Below, one piece after another: positions 56,105 to 64,000 of a stretch of DNA of 64,000 bases. The translations under genes and the position numbers were made by a program. A model generated the notes under the pieces. It was not told the DNA's origin. It worked only from the letters and a program-made list of their open reading frames with translations, and did not search any database. The stretch lies in the NCBI GenBank assembly GCA_016181045.1, contig JACPAB010000003.1, positions 7,652-71,651 on the forward strand, read 5' to 3'. This DNA is from Candidatus Yanofskybacteria bacterium. Its GTDB lineage: Bacteria; Patescibacteriota; Minisyncoccia; 2-02-FULL-40-12; GWA2-44-9. The stretch's first letter is position 1. The number at the start of each line of letters is the position of its first letter.

Positions 56105-57643
56105 TTGTCCACTAGATTATTTTCATCGGCAATATCCGGGATAGATGCCAAACTCATAGAAGTTGAAGCCGATTCTTTTCCCGGCCTTCATTCTTTTACC
56201 GTCGTCGGCTTGCCGGACAAATCGGTTCAGGAGGCCAAGGACCGGATATCTTCCGCTATTAAGAATAGCGGATTTCAGGCACCCAACAGAAAACACAAGA
56301 AAATAGTGGTTAATCTGGCCCCGGCAGACATAAAAAAGGAAGGTCCTTCTTATGACCTTCCCATTGCTTTGAGTTTTCTGGTCGAGACGAACCAACTCAA
56401 GTTCGACTCCTCAAAGACCCTTTTCATGGGCGAGCTCTCCCTGGATGGATCATTGAAACCCACAAACGGGGTTTTGGCGTCGGCGATATTGGCTAAAAAT
56501 CAGGATTTTAAGGAGATCATTGTCCCCTATCAGAACGTTGATGAAGCCGCCGTTATCGGCGGATTGAATGCGGTCGGGGCAAGAACGATAACCGAAGTCG
56601 TCAACCACCTCAACGAGATAAAAAGAATAAAGTCGTCCCCACCCTCGAGAGTTCCGGAAAAATCCAGTGATTTGGCTCTTTTCTCTTCGATCCAGGGCCA
56701 GGAATCAGCCAAAAGGGGCATTACTATTGCCGCCGCCGGCTTCCACAATGTTCTTATGTGGGGCCCTCCCGGTTCCGGTAAGACCCTTCTTTCCAAAGCT
56801 CTGGTCGAATTAATGCCGAAAATGTCGGTTGCCGAGTCGCTGGACGTGGCCAAGATATACAGCTCCGTCGGGTTGTTGAAAGGCAGTCCCCTGTCTCTGG
56901 AAAGGCCATTTCGCAGTCCACACCACACAACCTCCGCTCCGGCAGTTATCGGAGGAGGCGCTTGGCCCAAGCCCGGAGAGATAAGTTTGGCCCATAGAGG
57001 GGTGCTTTTTCTTGATGAATTGCCTGAATTTCCCAGGAATGTTCTGGAAGCCCTCCGTCAGCCCCTCGAAGATGGTAAAGTAACCGTATCGAGAGCTGCC
57101 GGCTCGGTTGAACTGCCGGCCAAGTTTATGCTAACGGCGGCCATGAACCCATGTCCCTGCGGGAATCACGGCGAGGAAAAGCTTGCCTGTATCTGCTCCC
57201 TTATCTCAATATTGAGGTATAGAAAGAAGATTTCCGGCCCGCTCTTGGACAGGATAGACATTCAACTTAATGTTCCGCGCGAAACAATCGTCCGGGGGAC
57301 GATTGTTTCCGTCACCGCAGGGGCGGCTGGGGGCGATCCTCGCCCCAAGATAAAGCTTGCCCAAGAGATCCAGCAGGCCAGATTCAAAGGTTCCGGTATT
57401 TTGTTCAACTCCGAAATAAACTACAAAAATATAGATAAATACTGTGTTTTGAGCCGAGAGGCGGACGAATTTTTGAATAGATCGGCGAACATAAACTCCC
57501 TGTCCCTAAGGTCCTATCACAAGATAAAGAAACTTGCCCGCACCATAGCCGATATGGACGATTCTGAAATTATCCACGAGAAACACATAGCCGAAGCGGT
57601 CGGATTGAGGATTAACGACAAAATGGCCTCTGACTTGGCGTAG
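56105..57643 (+). CDS. comM: ComM/YifB-family Mg-chelatase-like AAA+ ATPase
   Basis: GPPGSGKT, LFLDELPEF and a Lon-protease-like N-domain. TTG at 56105 gives the family-typical N-terminus (..SSAISGIDAKLIEVE). Confidence 0.85.
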   Translation: MSTRLFSSAISGIDAKLIEVEADSFPGLHSFTVVGLPDKSVQEAKDRISSAIKNSGFQAPNRKHKKIVVNLAPADIKKEGPSYDLPIALSFLVETNQLKFDSSKTLFMGELSLDGSLKPTNGVLASAILAKNQDFKEIIVPYQNVDEAAVIGGLNAVGARTITEVVNHLNEIKRIKSSPPSRVPEKSSDLALFSSIQGQESAKRGITIAAAGFHNVLMWGPPGSGKTLLSKALVELMPKMSVAESLDVAKIYSSVGLLKGSPLSLERPFRSPHHTTSAPAVIGGGAWPKPGEISLAHRGVLFLDELPEFPRNVLEALRQPLEDGKVTVSRAAGSVELPAKFMLTAAMNPCPCGNHGEEKLACICSLISILRYRKKISGPLLDRIDIQLNVPRETIVRGTIVSVTAGAAGGDPRPKIKLAQEIQQARFKGSGILFNSEINYKNIDKYCVLSREADEFLNRSANINSLSLRSYHKIKKLARTIADMDDSEIIHEKHIAEAVGLRINDKMASDLA

Positions 57644-57646
57644 ATA

Positions 57647-57867
57647 AAAGCGAAGCCCTAACACTTTTTACATCCAGTCCTCGCCTTCGTCACTCACCTT
57701 AAAACGTCTGTAAAGAGCATCTAAAATAACAGGTAACCCTCGCTTGCCTCCAAGCTAAAGCTTGGCGCTCGACCTATTATTTTAGGCCTCTTTATTGTCC
57801 GTCTTTCAGCTCATGACTCGCCTGCGGGTATGTAAAAAGCGTCATGGCCTTCGCTTTAAGTTAACAA
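57647..57867 (-). ncRNA. Structured ~220-nt element, family copy C2 (reverse orientation)
   Basis: Closing stems aaagcgaagcc / ggccttcgcttt and ctttttacat / atgtaaaaag. Internal hairpin ccaagc-taaa-gcttgg (57740-57755). Starts 4 nt after the comM stop. Confidence 0.5.
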
Positions 57868-58040
57868 AAAGCTCCCGGCCATATCCCTATCATTCAGCAC
57901 TCCTGGAGCGATACGGTAACATAAAGAGCATCCGAGATAGCAAAGAACAAATATAGCGAAGCGCTCTTGTTCTTTGCGTTAATGAGGATGCCCGCACAGG
58001 ATGTTCCGTGCGGAACACTTCGGTTGGCTCAGTGTCGGCA

Positions 58041-58412
58041 TTAGGCGTCTATGTTCTTGAAGTGCTTGATTTTGGCCACATGTCTGGCTTTATCCAGAGT
58101 TAGGGACAAGATGTCTATTTGCCATTCCTGGTCTGGGCCGCATCTTTTGTCGGTCAAGTATGTCCTGGCCGCTCTGACTATCCTTTTCAGCTTTTCCTTG
58201 TTCACTCTTAATTCCGGCTCAAACCCGGTTATTTCTTTGCTATTGGCTTTAACTTCAACAAAAACCAAAACTCCTTCTTTTTCGGCTATTACGTCTATTT
58301 CTCCCCACGGTTTTCTGTAATTTAAGGCCAAAATTGTATAATTTCTGGATTGCAGAAACTCGGAAGCGTATTTTTCCGCCAAGGCCCCAAATTCGGACGT
58401 CTTTGATTCCAT
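58041..58412 (-). CDS. yraN: YraN-family (UPF0102) endonuclease-like protein
   Basis: GEIDVIAEKEGVLVFVEVKAN motif, 123 aa. Confidence 0.8.
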   Translation of the reverse strand: MESKTSEFGALAEKYASEFLQSRNYTILALNYRKPWGEIDVIAEKEGVLVFVEVKANSKEITGFEPELRVNKEKLKRIVRAARTYLTDKRCGPDQEWQIDILSLTLDKARHVAKIKHFKNIDA

Positions 58413-58586
58413 GGGACATAATTTAGCACTAAAATTATAAAGTTAATATCAACAGTTACGAATTGACCCCGGGTTTCTAAAATGCTATCTTTACTTCTGT
58501 AATTCTCGCAAGAGGGTTTTTGCTTTTTAGGGAAGTTTTAATTACTAAAATCGATTAGTACTAAACTCAAAAATTTCATAGCGTCT

Positions 58587-59639
58587 TTGCGTGGGAAATT
58601 GATAATCCCGGAGAGCCGTTTTTCCAATTTCTACGGCGTTCTGCTCCTGGCCCTGTTTTTGATTGCTTTCAAGGGTGGTTCCGGAGAGGGCCAGTCCAGT
58701 TTGTTCAGCAATTTGATAAGGAAATACGTCGAAGAAACCTCCGCCTCCATAATCTCTTATACGTCGCACAATCAAGTGGCGGACCTGACCAGTTTGGCGG
58801 TTATGCAGGATATGGGTCAAGGTGGGGAGGATACTGATTTGGAACTGTCTACCATTCAAGACAGTTCTTTTTTGTCTAATAATCCGGTCACTATGGACTA
58901 TCTGGACTTCGGCTTCAAGCAGAACCAGATAGCCAAATATGAAGTTCAGCCGGGGGATGCGCTGTCTTTTATTGCCTCCGACTATGGCGTAAGCATCAAT
59001 TCCATTATTTGGGCCAATGGTTTGACTAAAGCGGACAACATCAGTCCGGGACAGATATTGAGAATACCTCCAGTTACCGGTGTTATTCACAAGATAAAGA
59101 AAGGTGATACCCTCGATTCCATTGCCAAGAAATATGGAGCTGAAAAAGAAAAAATAATTCAGTTCAACAGGCTTTCTGACAGCGGCATACTGGCGGTAGA
59201 TGACGAATTGGTGGTGCCTGATGGGAAAATGGCCTCTCCGGCCAATGTCCAGGCAACGACAGCTGCAAGATTCTCTCATTTGCCTGATCTGGGTGATTAT
59301 TTCCTTATTCCAACCACCGGCCGTAATTGGAGAAGAATTCACGGCAGGAACGGAGTAGATATTGCCAACTCATGCGGAACGCCGATATTTGCTTCTGCCG
59401 ACGGTTCTGCCGCCATAGTTGATGGGGTGGGATATAACGGGGGATTCGGTAAGTTCATAAAATTGATCCATTCCAACGGGACAGAAACGCTTTACGCTCA
59501 TGCAAGCAAACTGCTTATTACTTCAGGCCAACTTGTCCAGAGAGGCCAACAGATAGCTTTGATTGGAACAACCGGCCGCTCGACCGGTTGCCATTTACAT
59601 TTCGAAGTGCACGGCGCCAAAAATCCTCTATTGAAATAA
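58587..59639 (+). CDS. LysM-domain M23 metallopeptidase
   Basis: Two LysM repeats (YEVQPGDALSFIASDYGVS, HKIKKGDTLDSIAKKYG) and M23 motifs (GVDIA, GCHLHFEV). TTG start. Confidence 0.85.
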   Translation: MRGKLIIPESRFSNFYGVLLLALFLIAFKGGSGEGQSSLFSNLIRKYVEETSASIISYTSHNQVADLTSLAVMQDMGQGGEDTDLELSTIQDSSFLSNNPVTMDYLDFGFKQNQIAKYEVQPGDALSFIASDYGVSINSIIWANGLTKADNISPGQILRIPPVTGVIHKIKKGDTLDSIAKKYGAEKEKIIQFNRLSDSGILAVDDELVVPDGKMASPANVQATTAARFSHLPDLGDYFLIPTTGRNWRRIHGRNGVDIANSCGTPIFASADGSAAIVDGVGYNGGFGKFIKLIHSNGTETLYAHASKLLITSGQLVQRGQQIALIGTTGRSTGCHLHFEVHGAKNPLLK

Positions 59640-59906
59640 GTCGTTCCGCTCCCGCCAATCCCCACCCTCATCGCTCCGCCCCTCTTCGCTCGGCCGACAA
59701 TCCATCTCAGACACGCCTCCGGTCGCCCAGCGTGCGACCTCGGCCACATTCGCCACGGCTTTTCGAATCCGGTTCAGATCAATTATAACCGGATTCGCCA
59801 TGCGAAAAGCCGGGTCTCAAGTGTCTTCAATTGGATTGTCGGCCTGCGCTTAGTAAGGCGAGGTGGCAAACGGTCTAAAACAGGAAGGAGCTTTCGCTAA
59901 ACACTT

Positions 59907-60103
59907 AAAGCGAAAGCCCCTCTCCATTTGTAGACCGTCTGCGTCGAGGGTAACACAATGCTTGAATTAACTGATAATTTGCTTAGATAACAAATTTTAG
60001 CCGGAAAACCCGCCTAAGTTTTACAAAGTAAAATTTAGGCGGGGCAAACGGATGCTAAAATTTGTTAAGCAAATTGAAGTTTAATTCGAGCATTTGTCCG
60101 AAG
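59907..60103 (+). repeat. Left ~197-nt direct repeat bounding the island, containing a hairpin with ~45-nt arms
   Basis: Arms at 59957-60003 and 60050-60094. About 80% identical by eye to 62221-62399. Confidence 0.75.
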
Positions 60104-60140
60104 ATGACGAAGTCATAAGCAGTCACTGTCTCGTACGGGA

Positions 60141-60168
60141 TTGACATCTCGGTAGCATATTATAGAAT
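60141..60168 (+). promoter_or_regulatory. Sigma70-like promoter of the island operon (TTGACA-16-TAGAAT)
   Basis: -35 at 60141-60146 and -10 at 60163-60168. SD GGAGGG at 60190-60195. Confidence 0.55.
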
Positions 60169-60200
60169 ACCTTTAAGCTTTTATTTGATGGAGGGCTTGG

Positions 60201-60584
60201 ATGAAAAAGCTAATCGCTCTTTTTGTTTTTCTTTTCACGCTTGGTGCGGCTATCGATACGAAGGCCCAGACCGTGATCAGGCCTGACTATGTTCAGGTTC
60301 CAAATCAGGGCTATCCCACACACCCTGTTCTTGTGAGGAATGTCAGTCCATACGAACTGGAAGTCATTGTCAGATGGGCCGGCATGAAAACGGACTACCA
60401 TTTCGGTGTGGATGCCAAAAAAGACGCGGAAGTTATGCTTCCTTCGTATGTCCGGCTGAATGTCCGGGCTTGGGTCAGGGTCTACGACCAAAGGGGGAGA
60501 AAAAACTTGAAAGAGATGAAATTCCTTTGGTATTACGACGAAGCGTTGAAGAAAACGGTATTCTGGTTCCCGCGTTTCAAGTAG
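60201..60584 (+). CDS. Hypothetical secreted 127-aa protein
   Basis: Signal peptide MKKLIALFVFLFTLGAAIDTKA|QT and a strong SD. Confidence 0.6.
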   Translation: MKKLIALFVFLFTLGAAIDTKAQTVIRPDYVQVPNQGYPTHPVLVRNVSPYELEVIVRWAGMKTDYHFGVDAKKDAEVMLPSYVRLNVRAWVRVYDQRGRKNLKEMKFLWYYDEALKKTVFWFPRFK

Positions 60585-60723
60585 CCAAGGTTTTAAGCCA
60601 TTTTCCGAGCCCATTGCGGGCTCTTTACATTTAAACTAAATAGTGATATAATATAAGGTATAGTAGGTAAGTTTCTTTGACATGCAGTTTTTGTCCCGCC
60701 ATGGCGGGACTGGGAGGAGAGAG

Positions 60724-61476
60724 ATGAGACGATTCATTCGTGTCGTTGCCGTTGTTCTCGTTGGTTTTGCGGCTACCGGCTGCGCAACCGGCGGGTACTT
60801 GGGTCCCAAGCCCTATGGAGGGCCGCTGGGTGACGTCATGGCGGGGAATCTCGCGATAACGTGCCCGGGGGACTACTTCGTCGGAGGAGGCATCAACCGG
60901 TGTCTCCGCGATATCGGCGGGGATTTCGGCCGGTACTCGAACCATCCCATGTATCGCGGCGGGATGGGCGGGCCACAGCTTTCGCAAGCTGATAAGCTTT
61001 CCGTCTTCTGCGGTCTGGGCGGTTCCGCCGTGGCGATGTTGCTCGACGCGAGCGTCAAGAAGATCCTCGGCGCGGGGTTTTTATCCGCTGCCGTCTGTGA
61101 GGTAGCGGCGTCTGTCTCTAACCGAGGCAACAAACAGCCACAGGGCCAGCAGGTCCGTATCGCAAGCGACGGAACTCCCGTCGCTGTCGGCCGGCCTGTT
61201 ATCCCAGCAGCGCAGGGCTATCAGCCCATCGGCGACTCCGTTCCGTCCGATCCGAAGTGGTACATCCGCAACATGACCGGCGGGCGCGGAGAGCTCTGGA
61301 ACGGGAACCGGTTCATCAAGGTTCTCGAGCCGGGCGAGAGTTACGGCGTTTTAAACCCGAGCGGGGTCAAACTCGTCATCCTTGTTCCCACGAAAGAGGG
61401 GACACTGGAGCCCGCTGAAGCGCTTCGCAAGCCGCGCCGCGACGGCTGGGACATGGTGGTTCCCTCGGTCCAGTAA
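60724..61476 (+). CDS. Hypothetical lipoprotein (Gly/Cys-rich)
   Basis: MRRFIRVVAVVLVGFAATGC lipobox-type signal. SD GGAGGAG upstream of ATG 60724. Confidence 0.6.
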   Translation: MRRFIRVVAVVLVGFAATGCATGGYLGPKPYGGPLGDVMAGNLAITCPGDYFVGGGINRCLRDIGGDFGRYSNHPMYRGGMGGPQLSQADKLSVFCGLGGSAVAMLLDASVKKILGAGFLSAAVCEVAASVSNRGNKQPQGQQVRIASDGTPVAVGRPVIPAAQGYQPIGDSVPSDPKWYIRNMTGGRGELWNGNRFIKVLEPGESYGVLNPSGVKLVILVPTKEGTLEPAEALRKPRRDGWDMVVPSVQ

Positions 61477-61511
61477 CGAGGGGTGCCTCACTTCAAACAA
61501 GGAGAAAAGTC

Positions 61512-61997
61512 ATGGCACATGTAAGGTTCAACGGATATCGGGAATTCGTCTCGGACGAGGTTCTGTCGGTCGAAGAAGAGCGATGGGGACTTCACGGTCC
61601 CGCCCATACGCGGTGGGTCGAGAAGCACGTCTACTGGGTCCTTCCGGTAGGCACGCTGTTCCTGGTCGCTCTGCTCTTCCTCGTTTTCTTCTGGGGATTC
61701 GGGGGGAGCTTCAGGGCAGCGAGGGGCACGGCATTCACGCAGAGGACCGGCCAGGGCTGGATTCCCGTCCAGCCGGTACAGCCGATCCCGTCGCCGGCGG
61801 TATCCACTCCGCCGCCGCCCACGCAAGTGCCTGCCACGCCTCCACAAGTGACCGTGAACGTTCCGGACCGCATCCAGGTTAATGCGACTGTCCGGAACGT
61901 CACAGCGCCTCCGTCTGCTCCGGCTCCCAGCCGAGAGCTGACGCCGGAGGAGAAGGCGAATCAGTTCTGGGATCGCAGGCTCAATCGCGAGCCCTGA
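61512..61997 (+). CDS. Hypothetical single-TM protein with a proline-rich ectodomain
   Basis: TM helix VLPVGTLFLVALLFLVFFWGF. SD AAGGAG upstream. Overlapping ORFs in other frames are treated as GC artefacts. Confidence 0.55.
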   Translation: MAHVRFNGYREFVSDEVLSVEEERWGLHGPAHTRWVEKHVYWVLPVGTLFLVALLFLVFFWGFGGSFRAARGTAFTQRTGQGWIPVQPVQPIPSPAVSTPPPPTQVPATPPQVTVNVPDRIQVNATVRNVTAPPSAPAPSRELTPEEKANQFWDRRLNREP

Positions 61998-62001
61998 AAC
62001 A

Positions 62002-62055
62002 CACCCGTTAGTTTGCAACCCCGTTCATCGGGGCCATCGCAAACGGCGGGTTTTT
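62002..62055 (+). terminator. Compound terminator of the island operon
   Basis: Inner hairpin ccccg-ttcat-cgggg, outer pairing acccgttagtttgc / gcaaacggcgggt, then TTTTTT. Confidence 0.6.
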
Positions 62056-62220
62056 TCTTTGCGGCCACCTCGCTTTTTCGCGACGCCTTATCCCACGAGG
62101 AACCACGTCAAACCCTGTTGGGTTTGCGTTCTCTTTCGGTCCGGGGTGGCCTGTGAACGTTCCTCTTAGTGATAAGGCCGTCGCCTCAAAGCTAAACGGC
62201 TCACTTCTATGAGCCGTTTT

Positions 62221-62399
62221 AAAGCAAAGCCCATTCCCGTTTTAGACCGTTTGCCTCCGAGGGTAACATAATGATTAAATTAATAGATAATTTGCTTATT
62301 CAATAAATTTTAGCCGGAAAATCCTGAGTCTGCGAAGGAGGAACGGATGCTAAAATTTATTAAGCAACATTGAGAGTTAATTTAAGCATTTGTCCGAAG
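62221..62399 (+). repeat. Right ~179-nt direct repeat bounding the island, containing the hairpin
   Basis: Arms at 62270-62316 and 62345-62390. Lies directly upstream of tsaE. Confidence 0.75.
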
Positions 62400-62429
62400 G
62401 AGACCGAAGGCGCAGGCAACAGGTCGAAA

Positions 62430-62909
62430 ATGGTGATTTATCACTCCAACAGCCCAAAAGATACTCAAAGATTAGCAGCAAAAATTGCCAGGGAAACAGA
62501 ATCCGGTGTCATTCTTTTAGAAGGGGAGTTGGGCGCCGGCAAGACCACTTTTGTCCAGGCGTTCGCCAGAGCTTTAGGGGTCAAAGCCAAAGTAAAAAGC
62601 CCCACATTCAATATTATTAAAAAGTATAAAATCCCTTTTCGTTCTAATGGCTATTCGCTAATGGCTATTCGCTATTTGTATCACATTGATTGCTATCGCC
62701 TGAAAGACCACAAGGAAGCGATACCGCTGGGCATCCAGGATGTTTTTTCCGCCGCAGGCGGACCCGCCTCTGGCGGGAAAGCATCGCAGAGTGTTGTTCT
62801 TATTGAATGGCCGGAAAGAATAAGCAAAGTTTTACCCAAAAAACGTATTAGAGTGCATATTGATCATATAGATAAGAATAAACGTAAAATAACAATTTCT
62901 AATTTCTAA
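62430..62909 (+). CDS. tsaE: tRNA t6A37 biosynthesis ATPase TsaE (YjeE)
   Basis: GELGAGKTTFVQ P-loop, SPTF, HIDCYRL and LIEWPE motifs. ATG at 62430 is preferred because the upstream part of the tracked ORF lies in the repeat. Confidence 0.85.
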   Translation: MVIYHSNSPKDTQRLAAKIARETESGVILLEGELGAGKTTFVQAFARALGVKAKVKSPTFNIIKKYKIPFRSNGYSLMAIRYLYHIDCYRLKDHKEAIPLGIQDVFSAAGGPASGGKASQSVVLIEWPERISKVLPKKRIRVHIDHIDKNKRKITISNF

Positions 62910-62915
62910 TTACTA

Positions 62916-64000
62916 ATGACTAAAAAACTGATTCTTATTGATGGCCATGCGCTGGTTCACAGGGCGTTCCATGCCCTGCCGCTATCAATGAGCTCGCCCA
63001 ACGGCATTCCCACCAACGCGGTCTATGGCTTCGTTTCCGTCTTGATAAAAACCATCAAAGATTTGAGGCCGGATTATATTGTGGCCACTTTCGACCTAGC
63101 CGGTCCGACGTTCCGCCACGAGGAGTTCGCCGAATACAAAGCCCACCGGGAAAAGGCCCCGGACGACCTTCATGTCCAGGTGCCGCTGGTCAAAGAAATA
63201 CTGGGCGCATTCGGCATACCCATCTACGAGAAAGAGGGCTTTGAGGCCGATGACCTGATTGGTTCTATTGCCGAGATCACCAAGAAGCACAAAGATATCC
63301 AGACCATCATTGCCACCGGGGACCTGGACACCCTCCAGCTTGTTGAGAGCGACAAAGTCGTTGTGCGCACTCTCAAAAAGGGTGTTTCCGACACCATTTT
63401 ATATACACAAAAAGAAGTCGAGGAAAGATACGGCCTAGAACCCGGGCAGATGGTTGATTTCAAGGGTTTAAAAGGCGATCCGTCCGACAATATTCCCGGC
63501 GTTCCCGGAGTGGGGGAGAAGACGGCATCAGTCCTGATAAAGACCTTTAAATCTTTGGAGGGTCTTTATCAAGAAATTTCTAATTACCAATTTCTAATTT
63601 CTACAGAGATTCCCGGGCTAAAGCACCGTGAACCTTCTCCGAGCAAACAAATTCAAAATTCAAAATCTAAAAAAAATAAAACCCAAATCAAGCCGCCGCT
63701 TTCAGAAAAGTTAATTCAGAAATTGTTGGAAAATAAAGATGTGGCGTTTTTCTCAAAGAAATTAGCTACGATTATTAGAGATGTCCCGATTCAGTTCGAT
63801 ATTAAAAATGCCGAGTGGAGAAAGGGTATGAAAAAAGAGGAGCTTGTAAAAATGCTGCAGGACCTCGGCATATACAGTTTGCTTAAGAGAATAAACGAAC
63901 TGGATGGCGAAACTCCTGAACAGCCATCTTTGATGGCGGAAGCGACAGACGATATAAAAGTATCTTCCCTCGGTTCCCGTGAACAGGTCGGCAAGCTGAT
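62916..64000 (+). CDS. polA: DNA polymerase I, 5'-3' exonuclease region (partial, runs off the window)
   Basis: ORF absent from the track (no stop in window). MTKKLILIDGHALVHRAFHA..., FEADDLIG and GDPSDNIPGVPGVGEKTA (H3TH). Confidence 0.88.
   Translation, partial: MTKKLILIDGHALVHRAFHALPLSMSSPNGIPTNAVYGFVSVLIKTIKDLRPDYIVATFDLAGPTFRHEEFAEYKAHREKAPDDLHVQVPLVKEILGAFGIPIYEKEGFEADDLIGSIAEITKKHKDIQTIIATGDLDTLQLVESDKVVVRTLKKGVSDTILYTQKEVEERYGLEPGQMVDFKGLKGDPSDNIPGVPGVGEKTASVLIKTFKSLEGLYQEISNYQFLISTEIPGLKHREPSPSKQIQNSKSKKNKTQIKPPLSEKLIQKLLENKDVAFFSKKLATIIRDVPIQFDIKNAEWRKGMKKEELVKMLQDLGIYSLLKRINELDGETPEQPSLMAEATDDIKVSSLGSREQVGKL

Noticed and set aside
56074-56115. A possible tRNA gene or fragment on the minus strand (GGTTCGACTCC T-loop-like sequence).
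   Set aside because: No acceptor stem, D-arm or anticodon arm can be folded around it, and it overlaps the comM start region. It is reported only as a hairpin.
58545-59342. 265-aa ORF on the minus strand.
   Set aside because: It lies entirely antisense to the well-supported LysM-M23 peptidase gene. It has no motifs and low-complexity content, so I treat it as a shadow ORF. The same reasoning applies to 45739-46449 (antisense to infB), 3005-3649, 976-1440 and 11464-11727 (antisense to rpmH).
59957-60094. Interpretation of the island-flanking hairpins as integron attC sites. GCTTAAC/GTTAAGC match the RYYYAAC/GTTRRRY cores, and unpaired bases occur on one arm.
   Set aside because: The core-like motifs sit in the middle of the arms rather than at the outer ends. 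The element is larger than typical attC sites. No intI-type integrase or attI is visible, and the cassette has its own promoter. I keep this only as a remote possibility.
61382-62018. Additional long ORFs in the island (61382-61882 +, 61488-62018 -, 61631-61903 -).
   Set aside because: They overlap the better-supported 61512-61997 ORF, which has an SD, a TM helix and a terminator. Their Arg/Gly/Pro-rich composition is typical of out-of-frame translation of GC-rich DNA.

Overview
64-kb chromosomal fragment using the standard genetic code (TGA, TAA and TAG all end long conserved ORFs), with compact genes on both strands. The gene content suggests a small-genome Patescibacteria/CPR-type bacterium; this is an inference, not a database result. 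Main content: (1) the replication-origin neighbourhood, with DUF721/DciA-like, dnaN and dnaA diverging from rpmH-rnpA-yidD-yidC-jag; (2) a Gram-positive-style type IV secretion-like cluster at 13.8-24.0 kb (PrgI-like protein, VirB4 split into two ORFs, TrbL/VirB6-like protein, secreted proteins); (3) a complete type IV pilus operon at 33.7-44.1 kb (pilM/N/O, pilB, pilT, pilC, pilA, pilD, four minor pilins), plus comF and comM; (4) housekeeping genes (ruvB, ruvC, yebC-like, tyrS, PBP1A, rsmA, pcrA, cca, gatCA, ligA, infB, rpsO, pnp, tsaE, 5' end of polA); (5) six tRNAs, two RelE-type toxin-antitoxin pairs, a free-standing LAGLIDADG endonuclease-like gene, a frameshifted udk-like gene and an rfbB remnant. 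No rRNA or CRISPR array was seen. The most unusual signals are structural. Several families of hairpin-forming repeats differ in sequence between copies while keeping base pairing. Some are inserted in frame inside essential genes (infB, pcrA, comM, polA, tsaE, jag). A roughly 200-nt structured element occurs three times between 52.7 and 57.9 kb. A more GC-rich three-gene island of secreted/membrane proteins (59.9-62.4 kb) is bracketed by roughly 180-200-nt direct repeats that fold into long hairpins with compensatory substitutions. That island, together with the surrounding repeat-dense 52.7-62.4 kb region, is my best candidate for an undescribed system, but its function cannot be read from sequence alone. 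All alignments and GC estimates were done by eye and need computational confirmation.
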